Positions 1 through 7,912 of a stretch of 32,672 bases of DNA are shown in pieces (within the stretch, counting starts at the first letter, position 1; each line of letters begins with the position of its first letter). This stretch comes from a virus (taxonomy: Duplodnaviria > Caudoviricetes). Made by a program: the position numbers and the translations under genes. The DNA is taken from positions 1 to 32,672 of IMG/VR virus record IMGVR_UViG_3300029930_000007, one strand, 5' to 3'. The notes beneath the pieces are model-generated. The model was not told the origin of the DNA. It worked only from the letters and a program-made list of their open reading frames with translations, and did no database searches.

Positions 1-134
1 CCGTCTCCTTTTTGTACTAGTCCTTCGCGCATGAGCATGCGCCGCGCTTTGTTTGCTTGTGCTCTGGCTTTCTTGGCTTTCTCAGTTTTCTGATATGGCT
101 CGTAGGGAGGGCGATTGCCGGGGGCGTAGGGCAT
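1..134 (-). CDS. N-terminal part of a small HNH-like endonuclease (truncated by window edge)
   Basis: Not in the ORF track; read manually as MPYAPGNRPPYEPYQKTEKAKKARAQANKARRMLMREGLVQKGDG, with SD AGGAG upstream. NKARR...G.V.KGDG resembles the region before the DVDH motif of small phage HNH proteins. Confidence 0.6.
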   Translation of the reverse strand, partial: MPYAPGNRPPYEPYQKTEKAKKARAQANKARRMLMREGLVQKGD

Positions 135-143
135 GATGGGCTC

Positions 144-809
144 CTAGTGTTTTGGGTTGAACTCGCAGGTTTTGACAGGACACCAACCGCACAACGGCGA
201 CTGCATAGGCTTCCACACATCGTGCGTGAAACACGCTTGCAGCTTGGCGTAGCGTTGCCGGTATTCCCACCAATACTTTTCGATTTGTTCGTGCGTCATT
301 GAAAACTTGACCATGCTGTTCTTGACGATAAATAGCAGAGCGCTGTTGACTTTTCTGATGTGCGGGAAGTGCGCAAACACCATGAGCGACATGAGCACAA
401 GCTGGTCTTGGTCCGGGTACTTGTCGTTGCCCGTCTTGTAGTCGCCCACCCACGCGGTCAGGTTGTCGTCGTCCAGAATAAGTATGTCAGCAATGCCTCG
501 CACCCAGACGTTGGGGGACTTCCAATGACAGGGCTCAAGCTCTTCAGTCAGCGCCATCTCATACTCAGCCAGCTTGCGTCCGGGCTTTTTCAGCAACGAG
601 TCGGCAACAGGTTTGAACTGGGCGTACTCAGGCGGTAACTCTTTGCCATCTTTGACATACACCTCAAGTGCTTCGTGCACCTGATTGCCGTACCGCGTTG
701 CCTCTGTCTCCACGAACGGGTAGTTCTTGAGAATCTTGACCTCGTGATACCTGCGCTGGCATCCCTCAAAGTCTTTAAGACTGCTGTGCGACCAAGCTTG
801 TTTTTTCAT
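144..809 (-). CDS. PD-(D/E)XK exonuclease, Cas4/RecB-like
   Basis: WSHSSL..FEGC at the N-terminus, RGIADIL...GDYKTG catalytic motifs, and C-terminal CGWCPVKTC (four-Cys Fe-S pattern). Confidence 0.88.
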   Translation of the reverse strand: MKKQAWSHSSLKDFEGCQRRYHEVKILKNYPFVETEATRYGNQVHEALEVYVKDGKELPPEYAQFKPVADSLLKKPGRKLAEYEMALTEELEPCHWKSPNVWVRGIADILILDDDNLTAWVGDYKTGNDKYPDQDQLVLMSLMVFAHFPHIRKVNSALLFIVKNSMVKFSMTHEQIEKYWWEYRQRYAKLQACFTHDVWKPMQSPLCGWCPVKTCEFNPKH

Positions 810-972
810 AGTAGGGGTTTACGTCCAGAAAAGTTTCCCATGCGGACTCGTGCGCGGGGGCGTACAGGTTGTCTGCAATCAAATAGCCGTGACCATCTGG
901 TGTTACCAACTCCCAAACGCCGTTCGGCTGCAGGTTGTACTCCCACCCCAACACAGTCCAGATGTGGCGCAT
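775..972 (-). CDS. hypothetical protein (65 aa)
   Basis: MRHIWTVLGWEY... fills the gap between flanking genes and overlaps the nuclease start by 35 nt. Confidence 0.4.
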   Translation of the reverse strand: MRHIWTVLGWEYNLQPNGVWELVTPDGHGYLIADNLYAPAHESAWETFLDVNPYYEKTSLVAQQS

Positions 973-1012
973 AGTCTCAAGACTAGGATAGGGCCTTGGG
1001 TACTTGGGGTAG

Positions 1013-1297
1013 TTAGAACTTCGCAGAGTCGATGGCATCGGACAACCTGTTTGCAAACGAGTTGACGAATCTTTCGTTGTCACACAGGCTGGAGCCCATG
1101 TCGTTGAGGATGCCGTGCACCATCTCGTGCCAGAAGGTGTTGCGTATCTCGACGGCAGGATACGCGGTGCTGATCTCGATGCGCTTCTCGCTGTGCTTTA
1201 TCCGACCCATTATGTTGTCGTTGATGCGCTCAAGTTGATGCACAGTAAACCACTTGCTGCCAATCTTTATCTTCTTGGGTAACTTGACCTTGCTCAT
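1013..1297 (-). CDS. small HEXXH metallopeptidase-like protein
   Basis: FWHEMVHGIL...NERFV motif; SD AAGGAG; ATGA overlap with the upstream gene. Confidence 0.7.
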   Translation of the reverse strand: MSKVKLPKKIKIGSKWFTVHQLERINDNIMGRIKHSEKRIEISTAYPAVEIRNTFWHEMVHGILNDMGSSLCDNERFVNSFANRLSDAIDSAKF

Positions 1298-1482
1298 TGC
1301 TTCTCCTTCTCTTCTACGTGTTTGATTGACGTATATGTCAACCTTGCTTCTACGATCAACGCCAGTGTTTTCTCCAGCGCTGTCTCATAGTCTCTGTCCA
1401 AACAAGCGTTGTGAACTTCTTTGGCTAACCTCTCGACCGCCATCAGCGGTCCTGCGTAATCGATGTGTACTGTCTCGTTCAT
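1294..1482 (-). CDS. hypothetical protein (62 aa)
   Basis: Start MNETVHIDY follows the polymerase stop; its stop overlaps the next ATG. Confidence 0.65.
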   Translation of the reverse strand: MNETVHIDYAGPLMAVERLAKEVHNACLDRDYETALEKTLALIVEARLTYTSIKHVEEKEKQ

Positions 1483-1484
1483 GA

Positions 1485-3452
1485 TCAGTTCTTTGCCAAC
1501 CCGTAACGGCGGTGTGCTCCAACTTCTGCGTTCAAAGGTATACCCGGCATGTAGCGCGGCTCCATAGTCATCTGCGCCAAAACCCAAGTTTTAGCGTCTT
1601 CCACCTCTGCGTCTGGCACAACACACAACAACTCATCGTGCACCGTGCCAACCACCGGATACCGCTGTGCAACCCGCAGCATCCCATCTGTCATCACCAC
1701 TCGCGCAGTTCCCTGCACAATGTTGTTGGTGATCTTGCCTGCGTACAGCTTGGTCGGCTTCTCGCCTTCGTTGCCGTACACCCAACTATCTTTTTCCTTG
1801 CGTAGATTGGGGTACTTGATCGACATGCCTGACGGCAGCACGATCTCCCCTTGACGGAAGGTAACGCATTTATACACAACTTCTTCGCCGCCGACAAGAG
1901 ACCGTATCAGCAATTGTTCGCACGCTCCCCAGAACGCCACCACAGGCCACGCCGTTTGCCTATAGATATCTATGATGCGCTTGGCTGCAACACAGTGCTC
2001 CAACAAAGCTTGGTCTGAGTAAGTGCTGGGAATGCCGAGCACCTTGTCGTCCACACCCTTCTGCTCTACAAACCGCTGCACAAACTCTTTGTTTACGCCC
2101 AACAACTTGCCAAACTCTTTGCTGTACCGCATGGGCGGTGCTCCGAGAAAGCCTGTCAGAAGCTGTTGAGCAAAGCTGTGCCATCCCAGCCCGTAGCCGC
2201 ACCCAAGTAGCGCCGATTTAGCCGACTGTCGCAGATCAGGGTGGCTCTCTTTGGTCATACCGGGGATACCGAACATCTGCGCCCCGAACTGGGCGTAAGC
2301 GTCTTGTCCTGAGCGGAAGATATCCAACAAGTCTTGGTAGTCTGCAAACCACGCCAGCACACGCGGCTCGATCTGCGACAAGTCACCCACCACAAGCTGA
2401 TACCCCGGCGGGGCCATGATGGCTTTGCGCAGGAAGCTGCCGCGCTTTAAGTTCTGCATGTTGATGGCGCTGCCTTTGGCAGCAGCCCATCGGCCAGACT
2501 TAGCACCGTAATAACTAAGTGGTACAGGCAGTTTGCCGCGCTGAGAGATGTCCAGAAACCGTTGCGCCCGGGTGCGCTCGGTGGTTGACTTGACCTTGAG
2601 TCTTGCCTCGCACAGCGCCGCCACATCCTCGTTGTCCCCGTTGAGCAGCGCTTGAAACATGGCATCGTTCTTAGCCAGCGCCAGCGTCTCTTTGCCTGTT
2701 GTCTTGCTGATCTTTGTGGGCGGTGTGATGCTCATGCTGCGCAGGATTTCCGCAAAGCGTTGATTGGATGCAAGCTCGGCTTCTTCTACGCCAACACGTT
2801 TGAGCAAACTTTCCCGGTGTCGCCCCTCTTCGACCAGCGCTTCTATCAACATCTTCTGATCAAGCTCCAGCACAGGGCGGGTGTACATCTTGAGCGTCAT
2901 GTCGATGAGGCGAAGCTCCTTGGCTGGGTAGTCGACAACCAACCGCTCGAAAATCCGTTCGCAGAGATATACGTCGTGCTTGCAGTAGGCCGCAAGTTCA
3001 GATTCCACAGCCTCGTCCAACTTGGTAAGGCCATCTGTGCTGTGGACAGCTTTTCCTTTCTCCGGTAGTTGAAAGTCTGCGGCGAGCTTTGCGAGGGAAT
3101 TACCAACCTCCACGCCGCGTAGAGCGCGTGCCATTGATAGGGTGTCGAAGATGAACGCGGGACGTGCGTTGTATCGCCACTCCAGAATGGATACATCGAA
3201 CTGTGCATTATGCGCAAGCACTGCGGTTCGTCCCCAGTCGATTCCAGAAAAGTACTCAGATAGGTCTGATCCTCCAACCCATCTAATTGGTTCGTCGCTT
3301 CCGTATAGATGTGTGCAAACTCCAAAGCAAGTGAATCTCTCGTCACGGATGTACTCCTCTGTCGTCATCTTTGAGAGCGTGTAGCCCTTGCTGTCCCATC
3401 TGGTTTCAAAGTCTATTGTCAGTATCTGATCGTACGGTTTTGCCAAGCTCAT
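1485..3452 (-). CDS. polA: DNA polymerase family A with 3'-5' exonuclease domain
   Basis: Exo I IDFET, Exo II HNAQFD, Exo III YCKHD; motif A DLSQIEPR, motif B RQSAKSALLGCGYG, motif C VHDE. Confidence 0.95.
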   Translation of the reverse strand: MSLAKPYDQILTIDFETRWDSKGYTLSKMTTEEYIRDERFTCFGVCTHLYGSDEPIRWVGGSDLSEYFSGIDWGRTAVLAHNAQFDVSILEWRYNARPAFIFDTLSMARALRGVEVGNSLAKLAADFQLPEKGKAVHSTDGLTKLDEAVESELAAYCKHDVYLCERIFERLVVDYPAKELRLIDMTLKMYTRPVLELDQKMLIEALVEEGRHRESLLKRVGVEEAELASNQRFAEILRSMSITPPTKISKTTGKETLALAKNDAMFQALLNGDNEDVAALCEARLKVKSTTERTRAQRFLDISQRGKLPVPLSYYGAKSGRWAAAKGSAINMQNLKRGSFLRKAIMAPPGYQLVVGDLSQIEPRVLAWFADYQDLLDIFRSGQDAYAQFGAQMFGIPGMTKESHPDLRQSAKSALLGCGYGLGWHSFAQQLLTGFLGAPPMRYSKEFGKLLGVNKEFVQRFVEQKGVDDKVLGIPSTYSDQALLEHCVAAKRIIDIYRQTAWPVVAFWGACEQLLIRSLVGGEEVVYKCVTFRQGEIVLPSGMSIKYPNLRKEKDSWVYGNEGEKPTKLYAGKITNNIVQGTARVVMTDGMLRVAQRYPVVGTVHDELLCVVPDAEVEDAKTWVLAQMTMEPRYMPGIPLNAEVGAHRRYGLAKN

Positions 3453-3594
3453 GCTCCTTGAGTAGTTGTGTGAATGTCAGTATCTTGTTGCGCCAGTTGG
3501 GGTAACTGTCTCGGGACGCGTCGTACATGCTGGATAAGCCGACAGACTCAGCCATGCGCAGCACCCGAATCTCTTCCTCTAAATTTTCAGTCAA
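3406..3594 (-). CDS. hypothetical protein
   Basis: Start overlaps the upstream stop; co-oriented. Confidence 0.5.
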   Translation of the reverse strand: MTENLEEEIRVLRMAESVGLSSMYDASRDSYPNWRNKILTFTQLLKEHELGKTVRSDTDNRL

Positions 3595-3866
3595 TTGAAC
3601 ATCTCCTTGGGCGGTGCATCTTTGGTGTTCAGATACTCAAACACCTCATTGACAGCCAACAGCAGGTTTGAAACTTCCATCTTGTTGCAGTTGACTGACA
3701 CTACATCACGCATGCTGTCTGCATCACCGAAGATCACAATCGCTTTCTCGTCGTTGTCATCGCCGTAGCAGCGGATCAAGTTGTAGATGATGTGCTTGAG
3801 ATGCTCTTTCAAGTCTTCTGGCATGGCGTCTATGCGCTTTGCTATCTCTTCATTCATTTCATCCAT
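3591..3866 (-). CDS. hypothetical protein
   Basis: SD AAGGAG before the ATG; packed between neighbours. Confidence 0.7.
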   Translation of the reverse strand: MDEMNEEIAKRIDAMPEDLKEHLKHIIYNLIRCYGDDNDEKAIVIFGDADSMRDVVSVNCNKMEVSNLLLAVNEVFEYLNTKDAPPKEMFN

Positions 3867-4144
3867 AAAAGCTCCTTGAGTGTATTGAGGTTGCCCTCGT
3901 TGATCACCAGCGCAATCCCACCAGCGGCGCGTATCCGGGCAAGGTGCATCTCTTGCAGCGCGGTTGGTTTATTGTTGCCTGCTTTGGCTTCTACTGCAAT
4001 GAATTTTCCTTGCTTGCAGATTAAAAAATCAGGCACGCCTGAGTTGCCGTAGCCAGACCCGATTGGCATGGCGTAGTAAGCGCCTGCTGCATCCAGCATC
4101 TTGCGAATTTCTTTTTTGACTTTGACTTCTGGTGTGTTTGCCAT
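3854..4144 (-). CDS. VRR-NUC domain nuclease (Holliday junction resolvase-like)
   Basis: PEVKVK...GVPDFL...FIAVEAKAG...PTALQ...GGIALVI pattern. Confidence 0.88.
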   Translation of the reverse strand: MANTPEVKVKKEIRKMLDAAGAYYAMPIGSGYGNSGVPDFLICKQGKFIAVEAKAGNNKPTALQEMHLARIRAAGGIALVINEGNLNTLKELLWMK

Positions 4145-4162
4145 GATGTGTTGGTGTTAGGT

Positions 4163-4310
4163 GAGGGGGGAAAGTAGATTCCGCGCCCCCTCGTTTTCGC
4201 GGTCGAGTGCTGGTGTGGGCTGTCTATTTAAGAAGCCGCGCAACCCACACCGCTGTTCATGGTCGCATCTACTAGGTTTGCATGAACAGCCATGATCAAT
4301 CGCGGCTTCC
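4163..4310 (-). ncRNA. candidate structured RNA with two tandem pseudoknots and a kissing helix
   Basis: Six complementary segment pairs of 5-11 bp fill the intergenic gap; G-U pairs favour the minus strand. Confidence 0.7.
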
Positions 4311-4312
4311 GG

Positions 4313-4423
4313 TTAAAAGGGTGCAGGCTCTGTCGTGTCGTAGACAGAGGGTTGTTTGGGAAAACGCTTGGGGTCCAAGCGTGTAAACGGCCACCACGCT
4401 TCAAGCTCTTTCTGGCTTAACAC
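4313..4423 (-). CDS. small hypothetical protein (36 aa, GTG start)
   Basis: LSQKELEAWWPFTRLDPKRF...EPAPF; start uncertain. Confidence 0.4.
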   Translation of the reverse strand: MLSQKELEAWWPFTRLDPKRFPKQPSVYDTTEPAPF

Positions 4424-4574
4424 GCCGCTGTCTTTTGGGCTTTGGCGTGGTGATCGGGACTTCTTTTGTGTTAAAGCTGTGGTCGTTGAAACAGTGACGG
4501 CGTCTGATGGGTGTTCCATTGTCATCCTTGGTGTGTTTTACTTCAGTTGGCGCTTTGCATAGGGGGCACTTCAC
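4401..4574 (-). CDS. zinc-ribbon protein resembling the NrdR N-terminal domain
   Basis: GTGA-coupled start; KCPLC...IRRRHCFNDHSFNTKE. Confidence 0.65.
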   Translation of the reverse strand: MKCPLCKAPTEVKHTKDDNGTPIRRRHCFNDHSFNTKEVPITTPKPKRQRRVKPERA

Positions 4575-4777
4575 TTTGGCTCCTTGTACGGGAACCCGCC
4601 CCAATCATCAAACAACGGCATGGGGTTACGCTCTCTGGCTTGTATGGCCTCTTCCAGATTTTGGTTGTTTACATACAGCCTGACAAGTTTCAGGATGGCC
4701 TCGCGCTCGGCCTTGACTGCGGCCTCCAGTTCGGAGCGGTAGCACATAGTGTCGTCGTCTTCTTTATTCATCGTCAT
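4571..4777 (-). CDS. hypothetical nin-like region protein
   Basis: LEAAVKAERE motif; overlaps its neighbours. Confidence 0.6.
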   Translation of the reverse strand: MTMNKEDDDTMCYRSELEAAVKAEREAILKLVRLYVNNQNLEEAIQARERNPMPLFDDWGGFPYKEPK

Positions 4778-4919
4778 CCTCTTCGTGGTCTCGTATTAGC
4801 TGGGCCTCGATGACCCTCAGTACACCAAGAACAGACACCAGCGGCATCGACTCGTTGTACTTGTAAATCACGGTAAGCAGTTCTTCGGTCAGCCCTTCAG
4901 CGAGTTTTAATGGTGTCAT
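4764..4919 (-). CDS. hypothetical protein (51 aa)
   Basis: ATGA-coupled start MTPLKLAEGL. Confidence 0.6.
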   Translation of the reverse strand: MTPLKLAEGLTEELLTVIYKYNESMPLVSVLGVLRVIEAQLIRDHEEDDDE

Positions 4920-5350
4920 GCCTGCCCCCTTGCTCTGATGGCAGCGGCGCAAGCGATTGCACCTTCTTTCCATGCTGATGCCCCTTGCGTCTGCTCCTCA
5001 CACACCCGCGCACACACCTCCCTCTCAGCCTTGACTGCGGCCTCAAGTCCACTTGGCAGGTGCTCAAGATGGTTTTGCAATTTCCAGTTCATTGCGTCGG
5101 CATAGCCCCTCTTGTATTCCTTGGAATCCTCTATCGTCTTGACTAGCGCCTTGATGTGCGCGTTGACCTTCTCAATCTCTGGCGCGTTGGCAGCAATGAT
5201 GCGCTCACGCTCGGCTGCGACGGCGAGTTGGTAAAAGCGTTCAAGCACATCAGGTGTGGCAAACACCTGAACATCGTTGTCATATGCAGGATGTCGGCGT
5301 GGGATACACCCAGCCTCCCGCGCCATGCGGATGATGTCTTCTTTATCCAT
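4916..5350 (-). CDS. hypothetical nin-like region protein
   Basis: EDIIRMAREAG...AEREVCARVCE...CAAAIRARG; SD AAGGAG. Confidence 0.75.
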   Translation of the reverse strand: MDKEDIIRMAREAGCIPRRHPAYDNDVQVFATPDVLERFYQLAVAAERERIIAANAPEIEKVNAHIKALVKTIEDSKEYKRGYADAMNWKLQNHLEHLPSGLEAAVKAEREVCARVCEEQTQGASAWKEGAIACAAAIRARGQA

Positions 5351-5780
5351 TGTTCTTCTCCTTTAAAGCATGCTCTAAAGCAACCCAGCAGTCTTCAAGG
5401 TCTTCCAGCCCATCGACTGCCTTACGGAATTCAGCAGCCGTCAGACCCACCCACTCCCGGCGCGGCAAGGTGGCTTGAAAAGCAGGATGCGGGTGCACTA
5501 TCAGCGGGGCAGAAGCGTCCCACTTCGCCACCGGCTCCTGCTCCTGTCGCTGTTTTGCTGTTTCATCAACACGTTTCGTCGATGTGTCGCCGCGTGGAAC
5601 CCATCCAAGCGCTGTAGCGATGCGCCGCGCTGCTGACTTGTCGATGACCGGCTCTGGCTGCGCCAGCCTCTGTTTCAGGGCGACGATAGCTCTATCTGCG
5701 TAGTCTCTCTTGGCTTTAGGCAGTTTGGACAACAACTCCAGCGCCTCCAGCGCCTGCTTAAGCAATTCGCGGTCGGTCAT
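5343..5780 (-). CDS. hypothetical nin-like region protein
   Basis: RELLKQALEALE...QEPVA...REWVGLT...LKEKN mosaic pattern. Confidence 0.75.
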   Translation of the reverse strand: MTDRELLKQALEALELLSKLPKAKRDYADRAIVALKQRLAQPEPVIDKSAARRIATALGWVPRGDTSTKRVDETAKQRQEQEPVAKWDASAPLIVHPHPAFQATLPRREWVGLTAAEFRKAVDGLEDLEDCWVALEHALKEKNNG

Positions 5781-6001
5781 TTTTCCCTCGCTTTCAGCAT
5801 GGCGTCTGCTACTGCATACGCCGACTCTTCAATCCAAGACTGTCCTACTTTTAGAATTTGCTCTTGTAGCTTTGGGTTTGCCAACATTCCCTGCATCGCC
5901 TTTGCCGCAAAGTAATCGCGCAGGGTCATGCCGTGTTCGGCATCTGCCATGTCAAAGTGGTTTGCGGGAAACGCTGGCCCGCCTGTGGTTTTATTGGTCA
6001 T
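5777..6001 (-). CDS. conserved small phage protein (GMTLRDYFAAKAM family)
   Basis: GGPAFP...GMTLRDYFAAKAMQG...AYAVADAMLKAR. Confidence 0.8.
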   Translation of the reverse strand: MTNKTTGGPAFPANHFDMADAEHGMTLRDYFAAKAMQGMLANPKLQEQILKVGQSWIEESAYAVADAMLKAREK

Positions 6002-6228
6002 GGCTTCTCATCCGTAACTTCGCCATAGTGAGAGCGCGGCCAGAGCAGCATAGTCCCACTCTTGGCCCCCGCATCGATCAGTTCGTGCGCTGCATATCGA
6101 GCGCGGGTAAACCGGGGGTAGCCCGGACCAACATACACACTGCTGTTGCGGTAGTGGGGCACATAAGTGACCCCATCCTTTTTGTACACAGTCGTTTCGA
6201 TCAGGTCCTTGGTTGCGTACTCAGTCAT
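5998..6228 (-). CDS. hypothetical protein
   Basis: ATGA-coupled start MTEYATK with SD AAGGAG. Confidence 0.65.
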   Translation of the reverse strand: MTEYATKDLIETTVYKKDGVTYVPHYRNSSVYVGPGYPRFTRARYAAHELIDAGAKSGTMLLWPRSHYGEVTDEKP

Positions 6229-6422
6229 TTGATTCTCCTTACTTGGCTTACTTGAATCCACTCGGGTTGCTCAATCTTCTCGATCACAGGGGGCGGGGTC
6301 ATCTTCTCGCTGGGCGGTGTCCACCCGTACTTGCGCCATGTCTTCTGCACATCAGCGCCACTTGTCCACACAAAATCAGGATGCCCAACGGGTATCCACG
6401 GGTCAGTGCGCTTGGCCTTCAT
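6225..6422 (-). CDS. hypothetical protein
   Basis: F.WTSGADVQKTWRKYGWTPPSE; coupled on both sides. Confidence 0.7.
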   Translation of the reverse strand: MKAKRTDPWIPVGHPDFVWTSGADVQKTWRKYGWTPPSEKMTPPPVIEKIEQPEWIQVSQVRRIK

Positions 6423-6952
6423 TTGACACCTCCAAAGATTTTGTGCAGTTCGTCGTACAACTCACGGGCTTGTTTGATAGGCAGTGTATCGAGCAAACTC
6501 TGCGCTGGTGACACGACTACTTCTTTGACGATGGCTTCGACAGCACGCTCTTGCCGTGCCTGCAAACGCATCTTACGCTTGTCTCGTGCGCGTATGTTTG
6601 CAAGTTGCTTCTTGGTTGGCACAGGCATATACGATGTGAACTCAGTTGTCAACCTGCCATCAACTTCTTTGAAGTAACCTGCACGCACATACTGGGTGAT
6701 AAGCGATGAGACTGAGTTGTCAGAAAGACCCTCCTTCTGTAGCGCTTGTCGCAACTGTTTGCGGGTGTGGTGCGGGTGATCTACGACATACTGAAAAACG
6801 CTGCGTGAAACTCCGGGGTGTGCTTGCATTTGCTTCTCCTGTTTGGGTTGAGGTTGTGGATCGTCTTGTGACCATTCTGTGATGGTTTCCTGTAAAGCGC
6901 TGGCCTGTTTTTTGTCAAGCGCGGCCTGTAACGCGTCTTGTAAAGAAGGCAT
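6419..6952 (-). CDS. hypothetical protein, possibly winged-helix DNA-binding
   Basis: SVFQYVVDHPHHTRKQL...NSVSSLITQYVRAGYFKEVDG resembles a wHTH; second in-frame start at 6829. Confidence 0.55.
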   Translation of the reverse strand: MPSLQDALQAALDKKQASALQETITEWSQDDPQPQPKQEKQMQAHPGVSRSVFQYVVDHPHHTRKQLRQALQKEGLSDNSVSSLITQYVRAGYFKEVDGRLTTEFTSYMPVPTKKQLANIRARDKRKMRLQARQERAVEAIVKEVVVSPAQSLLDTLPIKQARELYDELHKIFGGVK

Positions 6953-6973
6953 GATGAGTGTTCCCCTTTCTTG

Positions 6974-7852
6974 TTAGAACGAAAACTTGTCCAAGATGGC
7001 ATCGACGGCCTTCTTGGTATCTTCCCGAACGGCATCGTTTTGACGCAGTTCCTCTGGCGTAACACCGAGCAAGCAATCGCTCAGTTCTTTGCGTGCTGTC
7101 TCAAGCGACTGATCGCCCACGACATTGAGAGCCTTGACCAAGTCGCACAACTCCAGCGCACCATCGACCAGCGAGTCGTGGAAGCGGCGGCGTTTGGTCT
7201 CGCCTTTGACAATGTCTGTGGTCAGTCGGTCAGACATACGCTTCATGTGCTCCCCAAGCCGAGCACGCACATCGGCCATAGCAGCGTCAATGCGCTCGTT
7301 AGCAAGACGCTCCAGCTTGTCGCGCAGTTCTTGCTGCGCTTGGTTGCCGACATCGACCCGGAAGTCACCTGCCACCGGCACAGGCATGTAGTTCACGCGG
7401 AACGAGAACTTGGTCATGATCTCATTGGCAGTCGGGTAGTCCTCACGCTTGAACATGCCGCCGAGCGCCATAGCCTGCGCCGTGATGAGCGAAGGATAGA
7501 TAGCCACGAATGATTTGACCAGAGCAGCGACCTCATCGTCGAACGCATTCATGCGCTCGGCAAACTTCTGGAAGTTCACTGTCGGCAACAGGCGCAGCCC
7601 TGAGTCAGACCACGGCAGGGTGTTGTCGTAAACAAACTGACGAGCGCGGTTGACTGCCTGCTGAATGACATCCAGTTCGGTGCGGCCTGCAAGCAGGTGT
7701 TTGTTCACCCGAGCGGCGTCCTTGGCTGCAGCGTTCTTGTTCTGCACCACTTCGTCGGTGGTTGACTTGTCCAGCTTACGCGCAGTCCAGACAGAGGCGT
7801 TGAACTCCACAAGCATGGAGCAGGTGTCGAGGTTGTAACGAGGTTGTGTCAT
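6974..7852 (-). CDS. helical protein, possibly DUF3150-like, third gene of the vWA/AAA module
   Basis: WTARKLD, TLPWSDSGLRLLP, DYPT..EI..KF motifs; SD AAGGAG. Confidence 0.6.
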   Translation of the reverse strand: MTQPRYNLDTCSMLVEFNASVWTARKLDKSTTDEVVQNKNAAAKDAARVNKHLLAGRTELDVIQQAVNRARQFVYDNTLPWSDSGLRLLPTVNFQKFAERMNAFDDEVAALVKSFVAIYPSLITAQAMALGGMFKREDYPTANEIMTKFSFRVNYMPVPVAGDFRVDVGNQAQQELRDKLERLANERIDAAMADVRARLGEHMKRMSDRLTTDIVKGETKRRRFHDSLVDGALELCDLVKALNVVGDQSLETARKELSDCLLGVTPEELRQNDAVREDTKKAVDAILDKFSF

Positions 7853-7912
7853 GATGCTTCTCCTTAAAGTTGATTGATGTTTGCCTGTTGAGAGGGCAGG
7901 CTCCTCATTGCT

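Noticed and set aside
144-809. Cas4 as part of a CRISPR-Cas system
   Set aside because: No other cas genes or array are present; stand-alone Cas4-like nucleases are common in phage replication modules.
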